Shown: piece after piece, positions 59,688-64,000 of the stretch
How positions within the stretch are numbered: position 1 is the stretch's first letter
Layout: the number at the start of each line of letters is the position of its first letter
Origin: Azolla caroliniana
Lineage: Eukaryota; Plantae; Polypodiophyta
Direction: 5' to 3'
Assembly (NCBI GenBank): GCA_043228905.1
Contig: JBHGNT010000013.1
Coordinates: 5,208,001 to 5,272,000, forward strand
Length of the DNA stretch: 64,000 bases
Notes under the pieces: model-generated
Told to the model about the DNA's origin: nothing
Databases searched by the model: none
Seen by the model: the letters and a program-made list of their open reading frames with translations, nothing else
Translations under genes and position numbers: made by a program

Positions 59688-62347
59688 ATGCATAAGTTAA
59701 TATCTTTAAAGCATATTTCTGTATCTTCTGTGTCGCCAAAACAACAGAAACGAGTGCAGATATCGAAACAGTCTGAGCCTTCGTGCCCTAGTTCGCCCAA
59801 ACTCTGTTTTTCTGATTTTCATCGCTACAGAAGCTGTGCAGATCTCCAACCGTCATCGACAAGTGATTCAGAACAAGCAAACACAGAAGTCATGCCGATT
59901 CCTGTGTCTGAAGAACTGCGACTATGGCTTCATGAGAGAAACTTACAAGGTTTCATCAAAGTAGCAGAAGCGGAACCTCATCCGCAGGCGGAAGAATTGG
60001 TACAATAGTTAGACATCACCAAGGTCACCACAAAGAAAATACGAAATGCATTACAGATGCCAAGAGGAGGCTTTGAGGCAGTTAAAAAACCTTCATCAGA
60101 AGCACTCCAATCGTATTTCGGGGAATACTCACCCTCGGCAAAAGCATATCAGACTTATGGAGGTCGGGATGAGTTTTTCCATGAAGTGGCTAGATTTTTA
60201 CTAGAGGTGGGATTTGTCAGTCCCCGTTTTTATTGTATGCCGAAAAAAAGGGCTGGGTTTATCATAGCCGCATACGAAAAGGAGGATTTCAACTGGCCAC
60301 TATTGTCGGGGGAAGCTCTGAGAGAGCAACTACAAGGGGTGAAAACAGGAAAACCAATGAAGCAAATTTTTGGTCGTTGGCTATCGGTATTGTTTCCGAT
60401 TCAAGAATCGGAAATTCCTGTTCAGTCAAGAAGACCACCGATAGTACAAGCACCGCGAAGACACCGATAGGTAGTACATGAAGAATGGATAGAGGAAGAA
60501 TCGGCACATGCCGATAATATACAAACGGATATGCCTCAGTCGGAACCACCAAGACCAGAGAATTCCGAAAACAGGCAACCAGCAGCCGAACAAGAAACAG
60601 TTGACAATTTGATAAACAAGCAGCAGCCGACAGAAAATCGACAACAACCAGAGAAGATGCGACAAAGGACAAGGGTTAAACAAAAGGCTAATAGGCAATT
60701 CCAACCAGAAAACAGTGATGGGTCAGCACCGAAAAGGCAACGCACAAAGGAAAATTCGAATACGCCTGTAGTAGCAGAAGTAATAAAACCAGGGAATGAG
60801 AGCGTTTCGACACAACCTCAACAAGGACAATCTTCAAAAGTAGCAATTCGGGAAGCACATGGGTACTTGGATATTCCACCAGCAGCACATGAATTAGCTG
60901 CCATTTTACAGTTCGGAACTTCATACGAATTGGTTGAATGGTTGGCTAAAAGATTGACAGAAGTATCAGAACGGCTGGCTCAAGAACATAATGACCGAAT
61001 AATGATACAGAAAGCCTTACGAGGAGTGTTGGAACCTCAAGAAAAAGCAGAGATAGAGAAAATCGGCCGGAAAAGAAGTGCACAGAATAGAGGGGAGGCT
61101 ATTGAAATGCCACCATTACATGAAGCACTGGTTGAAATTCATAAAGAATATGAAACGGCACGCAAAGCAGCCAGTGATATGGCTGAAAGATACAAAAGTG
61201 TATCAGCATCGGCGGAGGTGCTGAAACATCAGTTTTGTAACATACAGGCAGAAAATAAAGAACTAAAAGAAAGTCTAAACAAATGGGAAACGCAGGCACG
61301 GCTTATGGCGTCGGAGTCAGAATGGCAGCAGAAATTGGAGGATGCTGAGAAAGCACGACAAGCAGAAACAACAAGGGCCAACAATGCTGTATTTCGAACT
61401 ACAGAATTAGAAAAACAAATAGAAACCATTCAGAATGGCCAATACAAAGTTTTCGAAGAAAAAAATCAATTAATAAACGAATTACAGAAAAATCTGGAAG
61501 AAGCTAAGACGGCCAATCATACATATACCGAACAAATTGAAGAATTCGAAAGGTATATAGTGTCACAGGAAAGTCAATTGACAGAAAAAGAGCGGAGTCT
61601 TGAAGAAGTCAACAGAAGAATTATGGAACACCAGGAGGAATGGAGCAAAGAGAAATCGGCATTCGAACAACAAATAAACGAAATTCGGAAGATATCGGAA
61701 CAAAGGCGGCTGGACATATATGTAGTCGAATCCAAACTAATGCGGGCTGAAAGTGAAAACCAAGCCACTATTACGGATTTACGGAAAGAGTTGCAAGCCG
61801 CTCAATTCGTCGCAAGCATCACTAGGGACAAAGTGCAGCGCATCATAGGGAAACATCGAAACCTAGCAAAGGAAATGATCAATGAATCCCTTGCGCAAGG
61901 ATGGAAGTTATGGACGGCACAAGCGGCGGAATTACAGTTATTGCGTGCCGACAAAAATAACCGTCAGGTCCAAGGTGCAGGTTTTTTTAAAATAGCACAA
62001 AAGGATATTGACAATATCCAAGAGGATATCATGAAAGATATGGACGAAATTGCGGCATTTTACAGAGAAGAAATTCAACGTATTATGCAAGAATTCGACA
62101 AACATGATATAGGCACTTCCGTTCAGTTGGATAAAATTGAAGCTGAAAGAACCAGCAAGACTCCTGGTCTTCAAACTCCTGTAGAAGTGAACCAGAGCAG
62201 CCAACCGAATCACAACATTCAAAACCTGCTCCGAATGACGACTGTGACACAGATGAAGAGGAAGATATAGAGGGAATACATCCAAGGCCAGAAGAGCCTT
62301 CGATTTTTGATATTCTGAACGATTCGGATGAAGAGCTACAGGAATAG
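59688..62347 (+). pseudogene. Extra ORF of the Gypsy (unknown N-terminal domain, long coiled coil, acidic tail)
   Basis: ORFs 59688, 60057 and 60531 share one frame, separated only by TAGs at 60006 and 60468. A probable frameshift near 62200-62230 continues to DTDEEEDIE..DSDEELQE* ending at 62347. Confidence 0.8.
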
Positions 62348-64000
62348 GCGTGGGTTCGCTGGACAAGGTCCTGGCCCACGGACGTGCCAAGTGTTACCCG
62401 GACCCGGACAGTCAGTTTTACCGAACAAGTGGGAAAGCGTCGAAAACGGAGTCGGTTCGGATCGACTGTTCGGATCAATGACTCAGCAGTAAACGAAGAG
62501 AACTAAGTTAGTTAGATAATTTTGTAATTCTTGATAGTAAGTAGGAATAGTTCTTGATGAGAAAAGACCTTCGGTATACCTATAAAAGGGAACCGAAGGC
62601 ATTGTAAGAAAGGTCGTTTTATTTAGTAATATAAGTTTAAGTTAGGAATATCCTGTACGGATTCTGTGTTCTTTCTATTGTCTATGTTGTTAAGTGCAAG
62701 CTTCCTAATTTATAACTAAGTAACGATCACGGTAATTACCGATTAATATAGTATAATTCCGTTCGTAAAACACAATTCCTTGTTAGAACGTCGAGTAGCG
62801 ACGTTCACTCTTCTGTATCGGTAGTAGTTAGTAATTAGCCGATTAACATTGCTCAACTCCTGTCGGAGCAGAAGCTTCTTGGCTGTGGTGCTCGTGGCGA
62901 ATATCTTCTTCAGATTTTCCCATGCACCCTTCGGTGTTTTTGCATCCTGAATGTAGCTTAATAGTTGTTCGCCCACACAAGACACGAAACAGTACACCAC
63001 TCTGCTCGCCGATTGTTCCCATGCTGGGAGGTCTTTGTGTGTCGATTCGGGTGCCGCGTCATTCGCTCCTTCAACATAGCTCCAGTAACCGTGCCCAAGC
63101 AGGTACTGGTGCATCTTGTAGGACCAAGATGCATAGGTGGTTCTGTCGAGCTTCTCTGTTGGATGCGAGCTAGCCATTCCTCTGTCCATCGATTTTCTTG
63201 TTCTTCTTCGTTAGTTTTCCTTTAAGCAAAGTCGGCTGCAAAGGATCTCAACCCTCGCGCTCTAATACCATGTAAAAGATTATGTGCGGAAACAATATAG
63301 GAAACTGAACAACAGAAAACGCAGGTTTAATGGAAAGCTTAGGTTTGCACAATATGCACGGGAGAGATAGAGATAGAGAGAGAGTAAAAACAATTAAAAA
63401 ACTAACACTCTGTACATACATCGTGCTCAGTGAGCCCCTTTAATACAAGCCCTGACAATGGGCTGACACAAGTACTGACAGTACTTGACTGCTCATAAAT
63501 GAGCCCCGACTCTTACTCCCAAAACTATTCCTTATGAGGAATATCTCTTTAACGGCCTTTCGGTTTACGCACCGATACAACCTTACTATGCACCGGTCTG
63601 CATACCGGTTTCCAACCGATCCGGCCTGACCGATCGGTCCCAACCGATCTGGTCCTCGGCTTGCTCAACCAATCCGGCCGATGTTGAGCTTGTCTCTCAA
63701 CAATTTGGATAGGAGATGAAGAAGTTATGAGCTTTTTTCTTTGCCTTGTTTTTTCTACCTTTGTTTCTATGTCTTTTTTTCTTTTCTTTTCGTTTGCTTT
63801 TTCTACTTTTGAAAAATGCCTCTAACTTAATATGCCTTCAAGTTCCTTCGTCTTTTAACTCTTGAACCTTTCATATATTGTGCTTTATTCTTATACACCT
63901 TAGCTTCCAATGTATTTGCCAGGATCTTTTCTTACAAGCAAAATTTGACTTCATAGTATACACTACACAGAAACACAATGAAAGCCAATGTCGATGATAC

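Larger units (their letters stand above)
53478..62848 (+). mobile_element. Young full-length non-chromovirus Ty3/Gypsy with an extra 3' ORF
   Basis: 457-bp LTRs 53478-53934 and 62392-62848 (6 substitutions by eye); TSD TTGCT at 53473-53477 and 62849-62853; PBS tggcacgccc at 53946 (Arg-type); no PPT next to the 3' LTR. Confidence 0.96.
48617..63702 (-). mobile_element. Ty1/Copia element interrupted in gag by a Gypsy; 3' LTR end truncated
   Basis: 5' LTR 63271-63702 with PBS tggtattagagc at 63270-63259; gag 63189-62854 and 53472 downward; CWYCGKKGH knuckle, WYVDSG, integrase, RT LLYVDD, RH; PPT at 49029; 3' LTR 48617-49028 lacks ~28 terminal bp. Confidence 0.93.

Noticed and set aside
62251-62277. 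Purine-rich run as the Gypsy PPT
   Set aside because: It lies ~115 nt from the LTR, is interrupted by pyrimidines and is explained by Glu/Asp codons; kept only as an alternative hypothesis.
59688-62347. Retroviral env gene
   Set aside because: No signal peptide or transmembrane segment is visible; composition is coiled-coil and acidic.

Overview
Land-plant nuclear DNA; the Ty3/Gypsy types present (a Tcn1-like chromovirus and a non-chromovirus with an FLDD RT) suggest a non-seed plant such as a fern, which is inference only. The window holds one intact host gene, a 21-exon P3A plasma-membrane H+-ATPase (22572-29973, 956 aa, C-terminal YTV, one GC-AG intron, short uORF). Both flanks are nested LTR retrotransposons: at least six Ty1/Copia copies or fragments, three LTR-to-LTR Ty3/Gypsy elements, solo or partial LTRs, LINE remnants and minisatellites. 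The most unusual signal is in the young Gypsy at 53478-62848. It has no polypurine tract; that position carries a hairpin plus a sense copy of the 3' end of its primer tRNA ending in CCA, 2 nt before the 3' LTR, suggesting tRNA or tRNA-mimic priming of plus-strand synthesis. Also notable: chromovirus-type LTRs begin with an antisense tRNA-like A-box/B-box cassette; the chromovirus has a Tf1-type self-priming PBS and a -1 frameshift signal; and a Copia copy carries a 515-bp fold-back inverted duplication.
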